This document shows positions 50,400 to 62,000 of a stretch of DNA of 62,000 nt, one piece after another. The notes beneath the pieces are model-generated. The model saw nothing but the letters and a program-made list of their open reading frames with translations, searched no databases and was not told the origin of the DNA. The stretch covers positions 434,001 to 496,000 of the forward strand of contig MU054187.1 in the NCBI GenBank assembly GCA_013239625.1, read 5' to 3'. Origin of the DNA: Lama guanicoe (lineage: Eukaryota). The first letter of the stretch is position 1; the number at the start of each line of letters is the position of its first letter. A program made the translations under genes and the position numbers.

Positions 50400-51450
50400 C
50401 CTGCAGAAGCAGGTGGTAACACGAGCAAGAGAAGCAAAACTCTCAGAAAGAAGTAAAATTGCTAGAAATAGAAAAGGCTCATTAGCAAGCTGGACATGGC
50501 CAAGGAAACAGTGAATCAGTGTAACTTCCCAAACTGAAAAGCGAAGGGAAAGAAAGACTGAAAAAACGGATTATTCAAGAACTGCAGGACAGTCACAGGA
50601 GTGATAATGGATACGTAGTGGAACACTCCTCTGAGATACGAGAAGGAGAAGAAACAGAGAAACTGTGGGGGTGACGACGGCTGAGAATTTCCAAACCATG
50701 GATCCCACGGAGCTCAGAGAACACCAAGCAGGGTAAATTACAAAAAAAAAAAAAAAATTACATCTAGGCACGTCCTAGTCAAACTGTAGAAGATCAAAGA
50801 CAAAAAGGAAGCTGTGAAGGGAGCTAGAAAACACAGACACCTCACCTGTAGAGAAATAAGCGTGAGAGTTTCGTTAGGCGTCTCTCCAGAGACCCTGAAA
50901 GAAGAAGACCGTGGAGAGAAATACCTAAAATATCGAAAGGACCAGGTGCACCTCCCCCGACCCACCTGCTTACCTGTGTTTCTGTGTCCAGTGAAGTTGT
51001 CCTTCACGAGTGAAGTTGAAACAAAGTCCTTCTCAGACGAGGAGAATGGAAAGAATTTACTTCCAGTAAGCCTGCCTTGCGGGAAATCTTTAAAAAACTC
51101 TTCAGAGAGAAGGCAAATGAAAATAAGGTAGAAATTCAAATCTGCCTTTAAAAAGGAAGCGCGTTAGAGAAGGAGTAAATAAAGGTGAAATAAAAAGTTT
51201 TACTTTTCTTACTTTTAGTTCCTCTAACCAGTAACAGTCTGCACAAAATACAGATAGTAAGAATGAGCTGGGTGAGCGAAGCGAGTGGCGGCAGTGCGAC
51301 AGGCCTGGCGGGGAGGGGTTCGGAGCACCTTGTTCTGAGGAACCTGAGCCGCCCCGCCAGGTGTCCTGGTGTTGGTGGACCTAGGCTAACTGTAAGTCGT
51401 ATTGTAAACTCCAGGCAGCCACTAATCAAGTTTAAAAAAGAAGGGGGCCT
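50400..51450 (+). mobile_element. L1 ORF1 remnant
   Basis: ORF 50814 (KGARKHRHLTCREISVRVSLGVSPETL...LCPVKLSFTSEVETKSFSD) resembles the L1 ORF1p C-terminus (KAAREK..TY.G..IR..ADFS.ETL..LYPAKLSF..EGEIK.F.D). Confidence 0.8.
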
Positions 51451-51619
51451 GGTGCGCTGAGAGGCAGAGAAAGTCGTCGCACGAAAAGCTGAGTTAAAGG
51501 CCGGGAGGCAGGAGCTGCGCCCTGTGGCCGCGCCGCGCCGCACCGTCCTCCTCCTGCCCTCCTCCCCGGGATGTGCTGCGTGTCTGGGCACGCTCCGACC
51601 CCTTTCTCGTGGCCTTTCC

Positions 51620-52390
51620 TGAATCTCCTCTAGGCTTTTGCTTTTGCTTGGTGGTGATCACGAGCCTTACGTAGAACATGTTGTATCTATAACAGCCTAT
51701 TTTAAGCTGAAAACAACTTTGAAAGCATACAGAAGCGCCACGTGTTTACACACCCCCTCCCGTGTTGTTTTTGGTGTCGCAGTTTCTGTCTTTCCACGTT
51801 GCATGTTCGTTAACAAATCACTGTAGGCTGCTGCGGGTTGTAGCTGTCTTCAACACCTTTGTCTGAGTCTTCTCACTGCAGTTGTGGGTGACTTGCCTTC
51901 CGCTACTACATTAGGGCGTTCTGAGTATAACCATGTGCTTACCTTTACTAATGAGCTTTATCTTCAGTACGTTCTCCGGGTACTAGTTAATACCCTTTTA
52001 CTTTAGCTTGAAGAACTCCTTTTAACATTTCTTGTGTTGATAATCTCGCGACGATAGGCCCCTTCAGCTTTGTGTGTCTGAAAGCTCTTCGGCTCTCGTT
52101 TAACGTTAAGGACAGCCTTGGCAGCAGTGGCCTGGGCTGGCGGTTTCCTTCCAGCACTTTGAAGGCATCTTGCCGCGCCCTTCTGGCCTGCAAGGAGTTT
52201 GCTGGAAAACCTCTGCTGGTTCTGTGGGGGGTCCCGGGTATGGAGTCAGTTGCTTTTCCCCTGCTGCTTTTAGGGTTCTCTCCTGTCTTTCGCTTTGACA
52301 GTTGAGTCGTGCTGTGTCTCCGTGTGGGTCTTTCTGGATTCGTCTCGTTTAGGGCCTCTGCGCTTCCGGGCTCTTTCCCCAAGGCTGTCT
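51620..52390 (-). mobile_element. L1 ORF1 remnant
   Basis: ORF 51987-52382 (NPERPTRRH...SLQARRARQDAFKVLEG..QPR...QEMLKGVLQ) resembles the L1 ORF1p C-terminus (NP.R.TPRH...TLQARR.W.DIFKVL...QEMLKG.L). Confidence 0.85.
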
Positions 52391-53954
52391 CTTTCCCTGT
52401 TGCTCCTGTGCGTACGCTGTCTTGTCCTCTTCGAGAGTAACTGCCTTTCCCCCCTTTGTTGCTGTTACATCCTCAGTCCCTAGAAAGTTGCTTAAAGTGC
52501 GTGCTCAGCGAGTACGTGGTTAATGCCCAGGTGACGATCTTGCTGCAGTTAACAACAGGTGTTTCAGAAGAGGGGCTGCTGATTGTGCCAGAAAAGGTAG
52601 CCTGGCTGGAGTCGGGGTTCACGTGAAACCCGTTCTTTGCTAAATGGACCGAAGGGCTCATCCTGACTGGGAGCCGGTGGTTCAGACAAAGCCTTGTGGG
52701 AGCCCGGGTTTCTGAGGGTAATGCTGTTTGGGCAACAAGGTTTTTATCTGATGGAGTCTTTGTGCCGCATTTGTTTGCTCCAATTTATGTACTTATTTGT
52801 TTGAGTTTTTTGGCTATTTGAGTTTTTACGGACTCATGAACAAATACACGTGTGGAGAGAGTAGACGTGTGATATCATGTTGTACCTTGTCGTTCTCTGG
52901 GAATTCTCGGAGTGGCAACTCCCCTGACTGTGATTGACAGCCCTGGAACCTGGAAAATGCAGCTGGGCGTTTTGGAAGGCCCGGGGGGATGGTGTGCAGA
53001 CTTCAGTTTTCCAGAGAGGAAGGACGACTGATGGCTCGTGGTCAGGTCAGTGACATCGAGCAGCTGTTTCTCTGTGTAAAGACGTCGAGCTGGAGGCCCT
53101 TGGGGTGCAGAGACGAGACCCATGTTCTCCGCCCTCAGAGCGCGCAGCTCTGCGATGCTGCACAGAGCTCGGCTGTGGGAAGGGGAGACGTGAAGCCTGT
53201 TTGGTGTTTCCACGATGAAGGAGCACGTCTGGGAAAGTGCTTGAGAAAGCTGTGTGGAGAGTTTTTATCGGAGAAGAACTTTGGAGAATGGGTAAAGGCA
53301 GCTCCACAGAGGAGGGAGGGGGAGGCGTGCGGATCAGGACAGAGCGAGGCGGCTGTGAGGAGCTGGGCTGTGCGGGGTTGAGGGTCAGGGGTTGGTGGGC
53401 AGGAAGGAGGCCATGGGAGGGAATAAGTATGTCAAGTCAGTGACAGTGACCCTTGGCCTGGGTACTTCGTCCGATCTCAGTGGCAACAGGTGATTTCAGC
53501 ACAGCAAGAAAATGTGAAAACCTCGATAATTCTGTCACCACTCACTAGCCAAGTGACCCGCTTGTCAGAATCCTCGTGCCACAGGCCACACCCCTGGGGA
53601 ACTCACGTTGTTCTAGAGGCCAGGTGTGTGCTGGATTCCAATGGAGCGGCCGGGCTCAGCAGTTGTGACTGGGGACCCCACGCTGCGTAGGGTTGTGGAG
53701 GGGTTGTGTGTGTGTGAGCACCGGGGGACGACCAGACAGTGGGACGCGCAGGAGCCCCTTTGAGCCCTAGCAGGATGCTAAGGGTGCTCTAGGAAGTGGC
53801 ATCTCCTAAGGGTTTGACTGGATCTGGTTAGAGAGCTGTCTGAAGGAGTGTGCTGTGCGGGGCCTCGCAGACGACTGGGAGGACAGAGAGACAGAGGTCA
53901 GCTCGAGGAGCCGCGCGTCCTCAGGGAGGGTCTCTCGCCCGACTGCGCTGTGAA

Positions 53955-54060
53955 CCGGGCCCCCGCGTCCCCGGGCCCTCCGCGTGTCCCGGGCCCCCGC
54001 GTCCCCGGGCCCTCTGCGTCCCCCGGGCCCCCGCGTCCCCGGGCCCCCGCGTCCCCGGGC
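53955..54060. repeat. GC-rich minisatellite, 16-18 bp unit ccgggcccccgcgtcc, ~6.5 copies
   Basis: Unit starts at 53955, 53971, 53989, 54005, 54023, 54039 and 54055. Confidence 0.95.
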
Positions 54061-54567
54061 AGGGTGCACAAAGCGCGGATCAGTCACATCAGCGCGCCAG
54101 CTCTGAGTCCTTCCGAACACGTCTCCTACTCTGATTCAGAGACTTCTCTCCCTTGTCGTCAGAAACTGCTCATCCAGCAGGGAAGGTGTGAGAGATGACT
54201 GGGGTGTGGGGGGCCCGCCCCGGGTCAGGGTGGGACCTGGAGGAGGGGCTGTGGGCGCCTTGGTCCTGCGCCTGCTCCAGGCACGGCCCGGGGTGGGGGA
54301 GCTGGGCGAGGCAAGTGGAGGCCGTGTGTGTGATGCGCAGCAGGGCCAACGGCCTTAGACCCCCAGGGGTGTCATCAGCACTGCCCAGGTGACGGGCTTC
54401 TGGTCTGGCTCCCGGCCCCTCCCCGAGGGCTCCCTCCGTCTCCCACCCCCTCCATTTCTGCGGAACATCAAGAAAAACCTCTTAGCTCACAATCTTCCTT
54501 GAATCCCTCTGAACATACCTTGTGTGTGGTGGTTGCCTCCAGGCTAGGTTAGTTTTCCTTCATTCTC

Positions 54568-54655
54568 TTTTTTTTTTATTTGTTTGTTTTTTGGTTTTGG
54601 TGGGGATAGGAATTTAGGTTTGTTTATTTCCTTCCTTTTCTTTCTAATGAAGGAG
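54568..54655 (-). mobile_element. Truncated Vic-1-type SINE (tail only)
   Basis: T-tail plus gggg..aatttaggtttgtttattt..taatga resembles the 3' half of the copies at 195 and 5201; no tRNA head. Confidence 0.5.
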
Positions 54656-57600
54656 AGGTTGGTGCAGCGCCAGAGGACAAGGAACACCGGAGGTTCTGAC
54701 GGGCTGGGAGGGCAGACGGTGGGTGTTCAGAATTCAGAATACTGGTGATCAAATCTGGAGGGCTTACTGTAAATGGCACGTAAATATACAGCTCGACAGA
54801 GTTCACACTGGGGACTGAGGGCGCGAGGGAATTCCACGCATGGTAAGAGCTCCTTTGCGGTGGCTGTCGTGTGAATTTCCAAGCCAGCTTCAAGGAGTTG
54901 TCTCGCCTTGTGTTCTCCTTCCAAAGACAGTAATGACTCCCCATCAGCAGCGCAGTGATAAACGTGCGATCTGTGAATGAGTCATAAACGGTAGACCACG
55001 GTCCCTGGCCGAAATGCTCATTTCCTGAAGAAAATACACTGGGAAAAGTTTAAATAAAACACTCAACAGTCTTTAATGTTTTAATTGTTGGTTTGGTGCC
55101 AGTTCTCTTTTACTAGACAAAAATTCAGTCATTAAAAAAATGGCGCCAGGGCCATGACTGGATGGCGGCCAGTAAATGTTTACGGGCACCGCCGTCGGGG
55201 CAGCGCTCCGCCGAGACTGAGCCGCGTCGCTGCCTGGGCTCTGCGTGGTTTGGGGGAGTGTGACGGGATGTCTCAGTTTTAGCTGCTCTCTCCCCTCCTT
55301 CCTTCCGCCTGCTCCCTCCCTTCACAGACGAGCAAGACAGGTGGCCTGGGCTTCCTGGAGCTTCTCTTCTGGGGGATGAGAGAAAATCAGGGCAAAAAGA
55401 CATTCATGGCTCCAGAGGGTGACGGGCGCCTCGTGAGAACCGGCTGCAGCCGGAGTACTGAGTACTGAGGGGCCGCCCTGCGGGAAGTCTTGGACTTGGA
55501 CTCTGGAAAGGTTCCGCAGGGCAGCCCCTCGGGGGGCGGGTAGTGCCACACAGTCCTCCCGAGACCCAGCCCCGTCCTTCCCACCTGAGGGCCCGATGGC
55601 AGCTTCAGGACTGTGTGTCCTCTCCTGTGTGAGGGGCCCTGCAGGGTCTCAGTTTGGGAGACAGTTTATTGTTGAGACTGAGGCGCAGGGAGGCTGGGTC
55701 CCCGAGGCTGACTCCTCGGTGCTCCCGGCCCCGAGCGTCCACAGCTGCCTCTGTCCCTTCACTCCTCTAGGTGCTTCGGCCTGGCACCAGCCCCTGTCTG
55801 GACTGTGGAATTCTCTCTGCTAACGGGTGTGACCTTACAGGACTCGTGGTGATGACCAGCAAGTCCCCAGATGAAAAACCACGTCTAAGTGTCTACAGAT
55901 GTTACTTTTTAAATTCTATTTTGTGTTACAAGTAATAATTCCTGGTCATGCCTGAGGCCCTCGTTTCTGTCTCCGAGCTCCAGATGAGACCCCAGGCCAC
56001 CGGCTCTGCGTTTGCACCCACAGTCCGCAGGACCTGGTGTCAGCCTGCCGTCACGTTTACAGACCGGAAGGCCCGTCCAGATGCTTGAGGCGCCTGGATC
56101 TCTTCCATGCAGAAAGGGTCTTCCACCCGGACACTCCCCTCGGAGCAGGCGCCTCCTGGGTGCTGTTAGAGCCCAGTGACTGGTAAGACTTGAGGTTTTG
56201 TAGCCAGAAGCTCACCTTACTGACCTCCGCCCTTGGAGTCTTAGAGACTCCAGTCACTCAAGGATCCAGGAAGCTCGTGTGAGCCCAGGTTTCCTCGGAG
56301 GTCACGCTCTCTGTAGACTGCTTCGTCATTGTTGGAGTCCATCCTCAAATGCACCCATCAGCCGTGCCTTCATTGCCCTGGGCGACGGATGGCATGCTGT
56401 CCCCTCCAGTCTCTGAGGCGACCTGAGGATGCCTGGCAGGGTTCAAGGCACTTTACGCCTGCAGGAGCTGGAGACGTGTGTGTCTTGCTGCCTGAGTCCC
56501 GGCGGGGGCACTGGGATGGGGCCCGGGCAGGCAGCCCTGAGCGTGGCTGGGCGCAGAGTTGCTGCCTGGTTCCTGGCTGGTGCTGCTTCTTCCCGGGGGA
56601 CATGACCGTCCTGTGAATCCCTGGCCATCACCTGTCACCCCCGCCTGGCCCTGCCGTGTCCCCCAAGGTCTCAGCCCTTGTGTCTGGAAACTCCTGTTTC
56701 CAGCTAATGGCCTTTCCTGTTGCCGCCTGGCCCTGGAAGTGTCGCCACTACACAGAGCCGTGCTGCCGTCCCCTCCGATGGCCGCCCCCAGCTCTCCTGC
56801 TGCGGCCGCAGCCCTGGCCAGCCCCCACCTGCCCCTCCTCCCCAGGCCGCGGCTGGCTGGGCTGTGCGGCCTCAACAGCGACCTTGGTCCTGCAGCCCCC
56901 GGTCCAGATCTGGCCACCACCTGTTTCTGTCTGGCCTGAAGGCTGAGAATTGAGCCTGCATTTTGATGAGTCAGCATCTTTTGATGACGCGTTCTATTTG
57001 TGACACGTGGCAGTCACACAAAATGCCGGTTTCAGCGCCGGTGAATCAGCGTCACCTGGGTGTTTCCCGGTGCAGGGCGGTGGCCAGCGGTCAGCGTGTA
57101 GGCTGAGGGGCCCGTAAGCCCCATTCACTCACCGTGATGGCGCTTTACAAAAAGCTGGACAAATTCCGGTCTCCACAATCTTAATCTTTCCGAAAATCTT
57201 TGTTTTACTCCACTTTTTTGTTGCCAGTGTACTTTTATCTTCTTCAAGTTTCTTTATTATTCCAAAAGGTAAAAAAATCAAAACTGAACATACAAACAAA
57301 ACCCCTCAGACCCCCCAGATTCTGTCCTCTGTGGCTTTATATGCCAGTTTAATGGAATTTTTATTCCTGTGAAAAGTTTGCTTCATCCCAGATTATGCAC
57401 TGAACGCCTTCCTCCCTCTACCCGTCCTTACGTATTTCTGCATGTAAGTTCGGCATCCTTTTAAGCCTAAGGTTTGAGCGACTGTCCTATGAAAATGTCC
57501 CGTGCGTGGCTTCCATGGCTGCTCAGCTTCAAGAATGTAGTGAGTCAGGGTGTCACAGAGAAGCAGCTTTCTCAGCTCATCACTGAGCACCCAACGTTAA

Positions 57601-59137
57601 GGTGACGTAATTTTCCATGAAGTCACAACCACCTGATGGTTCGCAGCTACCCTGGTCCTCAGACCCCAGCGAGACTGAAAACAGGCAGGGCCGGCGGCTG
57701 GGGTCCGCGTGGGAATTCCGTCCTGGGGGGGCAGGTGGCTGCGGCCTGTGCCGCGTTGGGTGCGCCTGGGGCTGTTTTCTTGCCTTTTGGGTCAGTCGGG
57801 TCTTACTGACCAAAGAGTAGGTTCCTGGAGAACATTCTGTGCTGGAAGGTCATCTGGACACTTCCCCCAAACAAATGAAATCAAATCAGGTAAGTGCGAG
57901 CTCGCGGAGAACAGCAGGAGGACCAGGGGCCCTGAGAGACGACGGGTGAGGCCCCGTGGAGGGCCGTGGCCAGAGCGCCGCAGAGTCCACCCCAGGCCGC
58001 GCGTCCTGTTAGCGTGGGACCTGCTGAGCCCCTGCACGTGGGTGTCTGCCCGACCGCCGCCCACGGGCAGCCTCCTCCAGATGCTGTGGGGCCTCGTCTG
58101 GGCTTCCCAAAACGAGCGTGTTGTTACCTGCCACCCGCAGAAGTCAGTTCACCCTGGGCTTGCGTTGTGTTTGTAAGGACTGCTCGCCCACGGGGTCGCC
58201 CCGGGATGGAGAGGCCGTGTGTGCGGGAAGACCCCGTGGATCTCAGGAGTGGCCCGCCTCTCCTGCAGCCTCTCCTGGAGCTCCGCTCAGTGGGTTTTCC
58301 GTGGGTTTCATACCCAGTTGCTTATCGCAGCAGAATTAAGATATGCCTAAATGTTTGTAAAGCGTATTATTCTGGAAGTTTGGGGAAGGAGAGAGACTCT
58401 TCTGCTTCTCTGTGTAGTTTACTGTTTTTCAGGCCACGTGGTCCTGGAGTAGGAATAAAGCCGCAAAGAGAGCAGCTCGGGGATGCTTCCTGTGTATCCT
58501 CCACACAGTCAGAGTCTGGGGCCTAGTTCTCGCTTGGTTTCCTGCTGTTTCTGGGAGTCTCCAGGGGCTGCCTCCCGGGCCCGGTTCTCTGAGCCACGTG
58601 ACCTGTCAGTTCCCAGTTCCCTGCTCTGGGTTCGGGGTGTTTCCGCCCTGGGTTCCCTGGTGGCCTGAGCCCCCACATCTTGTGGACCCTCCGTCCAGCC
58701 TCCCTGATGGCTGGGGTTCGCGGGCCACGCGTGTAACATGTAAAGTTCAAATCGGACTAACAGACGGTTACCGCGTGTACATACTCTGTTCTTCTTTCTG
58801 TTACACGCCTTCATAATGACAAAGTAGAAACATGTGAAGCTACAGTTTTTGTGTGACTGAAAGCAAATCGGCAAAGATGAGTTTAGTTCCTATTCCACAT
58901 ACCTGAGTGTTCTGTAGATGTTTGAATGAATAATAAAGTAAAATACACACAATTAATACATACTTATCACATACAGCTTGTTTTTTCTTGCCTTATTTCA
59001 GCTAAATCATGACTTACACAGCAGTAATAAAGATTTTTGCATAATGTGTGTTCAGTTAATAATAATGCTGTCAGCTATTAAAATGGAAATATTTTTATAA
59101 AAATGTAGATTGAAACAAGTGTAAAATTCTTTAAAAT

Positions 59138-59208
59138 TTTTTTTAGTGTATTTGTGGGAAAGGGTGAACCACAAGCGTCCTTCTGCTCCGCCATCTTACT
59201 TCTCTCCC
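59138..59208 (-). mobile_element. Short L1 5'-end-like fragment with A-tail
   Basis: Reverse strand reads gggagagaagtAAGATGGCGGagcagaaggacg..ttcaccctttcccacaaatacactaaaaaaa; flanked by taaaat at 59132-59137 and 59209-59214. Confidence 0.6.
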
Positions 59209-59263
59209 TAAAATAATTTTTTTATGTTTTTGCAAAGGATTTTTCTTTTTTACATCCAAAAGA

Positions 59264-59412
59264 TTTTTTTATTGAAGTGTAAGGTTTGCAATGTTAGTTT
59301 CAGCATACAGCAAAGTAGTTCTGTTGTATACATATACATACATATATGTTTTTTCATTTCAAATTCTTTTCCATTATATGCTATTATAAGAAATTGAAAA
59401 TACTTCCCTGTG
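59264..59412 (-). mobile_element. L1 3'-end fragment
   Basis: tttttttattgaagtgta..gcaatgttagtttcagcatacagcaaagt...attcttttccattata..tattataagaaattgaaaatacttccctgtg. Confidence 0.8.
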
Positions 59413-60704
59413 TGGAAAAGTATCTTTCCTTTAAAATATTAAAAATTAAAATACAAAATGCAAATTTCAAAAATGAGTGTCCATTTAAAATAATTATTGA
59501 CCAAAAGCTGAAAATTTAAATTTAAAAAATCTGATAATCTAATATCATACATATTTTTATTGTGTTTATATTTTTATAAACATAAACCAGTTTGTAGGAC
59601 AGTGCCTGTCTTGTTGCTGATGTGAAGAACTGGTCGTGTTTCAGGCGTGGTATGTCTAGACCCACGAATGCAAATTTAAGAGTGATGTGAACTGAGACTG
59701 CAGACTCTGTGTGTTTTCCCAGGGACGGCGGTGCCTATGGCACAGACTGCGGCTCCCTCAGGACCGGCGAGTGGGCACCCCTGCGGCTTGGTGCTCTGCC
59801 ACCCAAGAGTCTGCTGTGTTGTGATGGCGGGTTGAAAAGGTAGGTTAACCGTTCTCGCACGCGTGTGACTGTCCGTCCGTCCTCACACCTGAGCGTCCCC
59901 CTGTGGGCAGTGGCTCAGCCCCCACACCTGCGCGGCATCCAGTCGCGGCCCCTTTGGGCTGAGATGTTGGGCCGGAGGCAGAGATGCTGTGGCTGGGCCG
60001 GCCCTGCACCAGACCCCTTGCGGAAAGCGTATCCTTGGCGTTGTGTCCCCTTCTGGCTTGCTGCCTGCTCTTCAGGACCAGCAGAATGGGTCCAGCTCCT
60101 AGGCTGTGGGCCTTAGATTGCGCTGAACTGGGGAGAGTTTCTGCCTGTGGCTTGTGCTTCTTCCCTTCGTAACCAGAGTGGACGTGTGCCCTTGACGTCC
60201 CGAGGAGGTCAAATGAAGCAGCTTTGATTTCTGCTGGCTGTGTCCAGTCCTCTCTTGCTGGGAGCCAGGCAGGAGCGCAGGGGGCTGGGTGGAGGGGCCG
60301 TCCGTGTGCAGAGACCGGACCCGGTGGCTGGTCCTCCCTGGATCCAGGCGCATCTGTGGGTCTGGATGCTCTTCTCGCGTGAAGGAGTCTTCCTAGGACG
60401 CCTGACCCTCATGCAGACACCCCCTCCTGGGCTCCTCCATCTGTCCTCCAGACGTCCACCCGCGAAATGCCTGAGCTGTTGCATCATGGTTGTGTGCTTT
60501 TGCAGCACATGGAAGCAAGAAAGCGTATAAGCCATCGGTTTGCCATCCGCGCAACGTCTCTTTAACAAGATGAGGTAGATTTAATAGCTTTGGGGACGTT
60601 TTCATTGTCTTTCATTGCTTGTTTTTCCTAGGGAAGGGAACTCCTGGTTCGGTGTTCAGACGTCACACGGTGTCCTTTTTCTTAATTTTCATGTCAGTCC
60701 TGCC

Positions 60705-60830
60705 AGGCTGTGGTGGTTTTCTCCATTTTTTTTTCAGATGAGAAGCAGAGTTTTATAGAAATTGAGTGATTTGCTGTTAGTAAGTGCCAACATCAATATT
60801 TGAATACTGGTTGGTTTGATTTTAAAGCCT
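60705..60830 (-). mobile_element. MIR SINE fragment
   Basis: ctccattttt..cagatgagaagcagag..agaaattgagtgatttgc..ttagtaagtg. Confidence 0.6.
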
Positions 60831-62000
60831 TTTTGTGTGTGTGTGATAAACTGTCTCTTGGTTTTCACTGCCACCAGTAAATTCCACTTAGAAACCTTAA
60901 ATGGGAACCCAGATTACTTCTGCTAATGGAATCTGGGGAATGAACGAGTCTGTGTCACTTAAAAGCTCTCCGTAATTATCCCCTTCGACTCAGTGCTTCC
61001 GGGATCCGCGAGACTGCGTGGACTGATTTCCTGGGGCTCTCATACACGGGAACCTCGGTTATGATTCATCGAAAACCAAAATATCTACAATACAGGGTTC
61101 TGATTGTGGGATGGGAGCTGGTGAGGACATTTAGAGGACAGCACAGGAGACTGGGAGAACACTGACTGATCGTGCGAGTCTTCAGAATCGTTGGAGACTT
61201 GAGAGCAGGGGAGGGTCTGCTTGGCGGACCAGGGCTGACGACGTGTCGGACGAGGTCACCCGGAGGTGCAGAGGTCCAGCAGGCCACAGACACGCGAGTA
61301 GGTGTCTGTATTTTGTTTCAGAAGTTCACTCCGCTAGCAGGAGCTGGAGGAGTGTGAAGAAAGTGGTAAAATAAAGGCAAGAGTTGGGAGAGGGGTCTTG
61401 TCAGCCAGAGTGACGGTTCTGAGGACTGAGACCTGCCAGGCTGCATGTCACGAGGGTGCCACACGGTCTGGTCTCGGGGCCCTGCAGGTCTTGGGAGTCC
61501 TTCGAGCCCTCCGCATGGCACGAGGTCACCTTGGACAGAGCTGGCCTGCGTGGTTCAGGTGAGAGGGGACGTGGCGGTCCCCAGCTGAGGCCAGAAGAGA
61601 TGGGCTGGGGCAGTCTGGAGCCAGAGGAAACAGACACTATGGCCCGGGCAGGGAGCTGGGTGGATGGGGCAAACCCTGACACCGGTGAGGGGAGCTTTTC
61701 GTCTGCGTGGGCTCCTTGGTCCCACGTGTGGACTGCACAGTGCCATCCTCTGCACACACTGAGGGGATCCATATGGGGTCGAGGTGGTCCCTGTTCCAAC
61801 ACAGAGAAACAGGTGACTGCCTGTGGCTTTACCGCCAGAAGCTTCTGTGTCGCTGATGAGGACTGGTGCCCAGCAGACCCCGAGAGCGGGACTGTGGTCC
61901 CCTGATGTGGGAGCAGCAGGGAGCCCACAGTGAGGGGAGCAGTGACCGGCTGGGCAGCGTGAGGTTTGCGCACTGCCAGTCATGCGGGTTGTGGGTAATG

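Noticed and set aside
53955..54060. Short tandem repeats as a CRISPR-like array
   Set aside because: No unique spacers and a eukaryotic context; ordinary minisatellite.
57925..58000. Peptide repeat PERRRVRPR/PERRRVHPR in ORF 57709
   Set aside because: Weak DNA-level similarity, no coding context; likely coincidence.

Overview
Mammalian genomic DNA, most likely camelid (alpaca/camel), judged from several tRNA-derived Vic-1-type SINEs with clear target-site duplications (TSDs). The only protein-coding gene I can support is UBE2V2 (MMS2) on the + strand. Coding exons 2-4 lie at 10153-10301, 14511-14636 and 21604-21750; exon 1 is upstream of the window, so 1-10152 is intron 1. After the 3' UTR come an intergenic stretch with a nested L1/LTR/SINE block (~32.4-38.7 kb), an ERV1-type solo LTR, an orphan promoter-like CpG island (~39.0-39.85 kb), and ~22 kb of GC-rich non-coding sequence with minisatellites, a 219-nt assembly gap, L1 ORF1 remnants and clusters of transcription-factor motifs. 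Nearly all ORFs in the supplied track look like chance ORFs in GC-rich or repeat DNA. I found no convincing new protein-coding system. The best leads are the orphan CpG island with a possible spliced non-coding transcript, two unusual tiny L1-derived insertions, and signs of AT-to-GC drift in old repeats. Repeat subfamily names come from recalled consensus similarity, not from a search.
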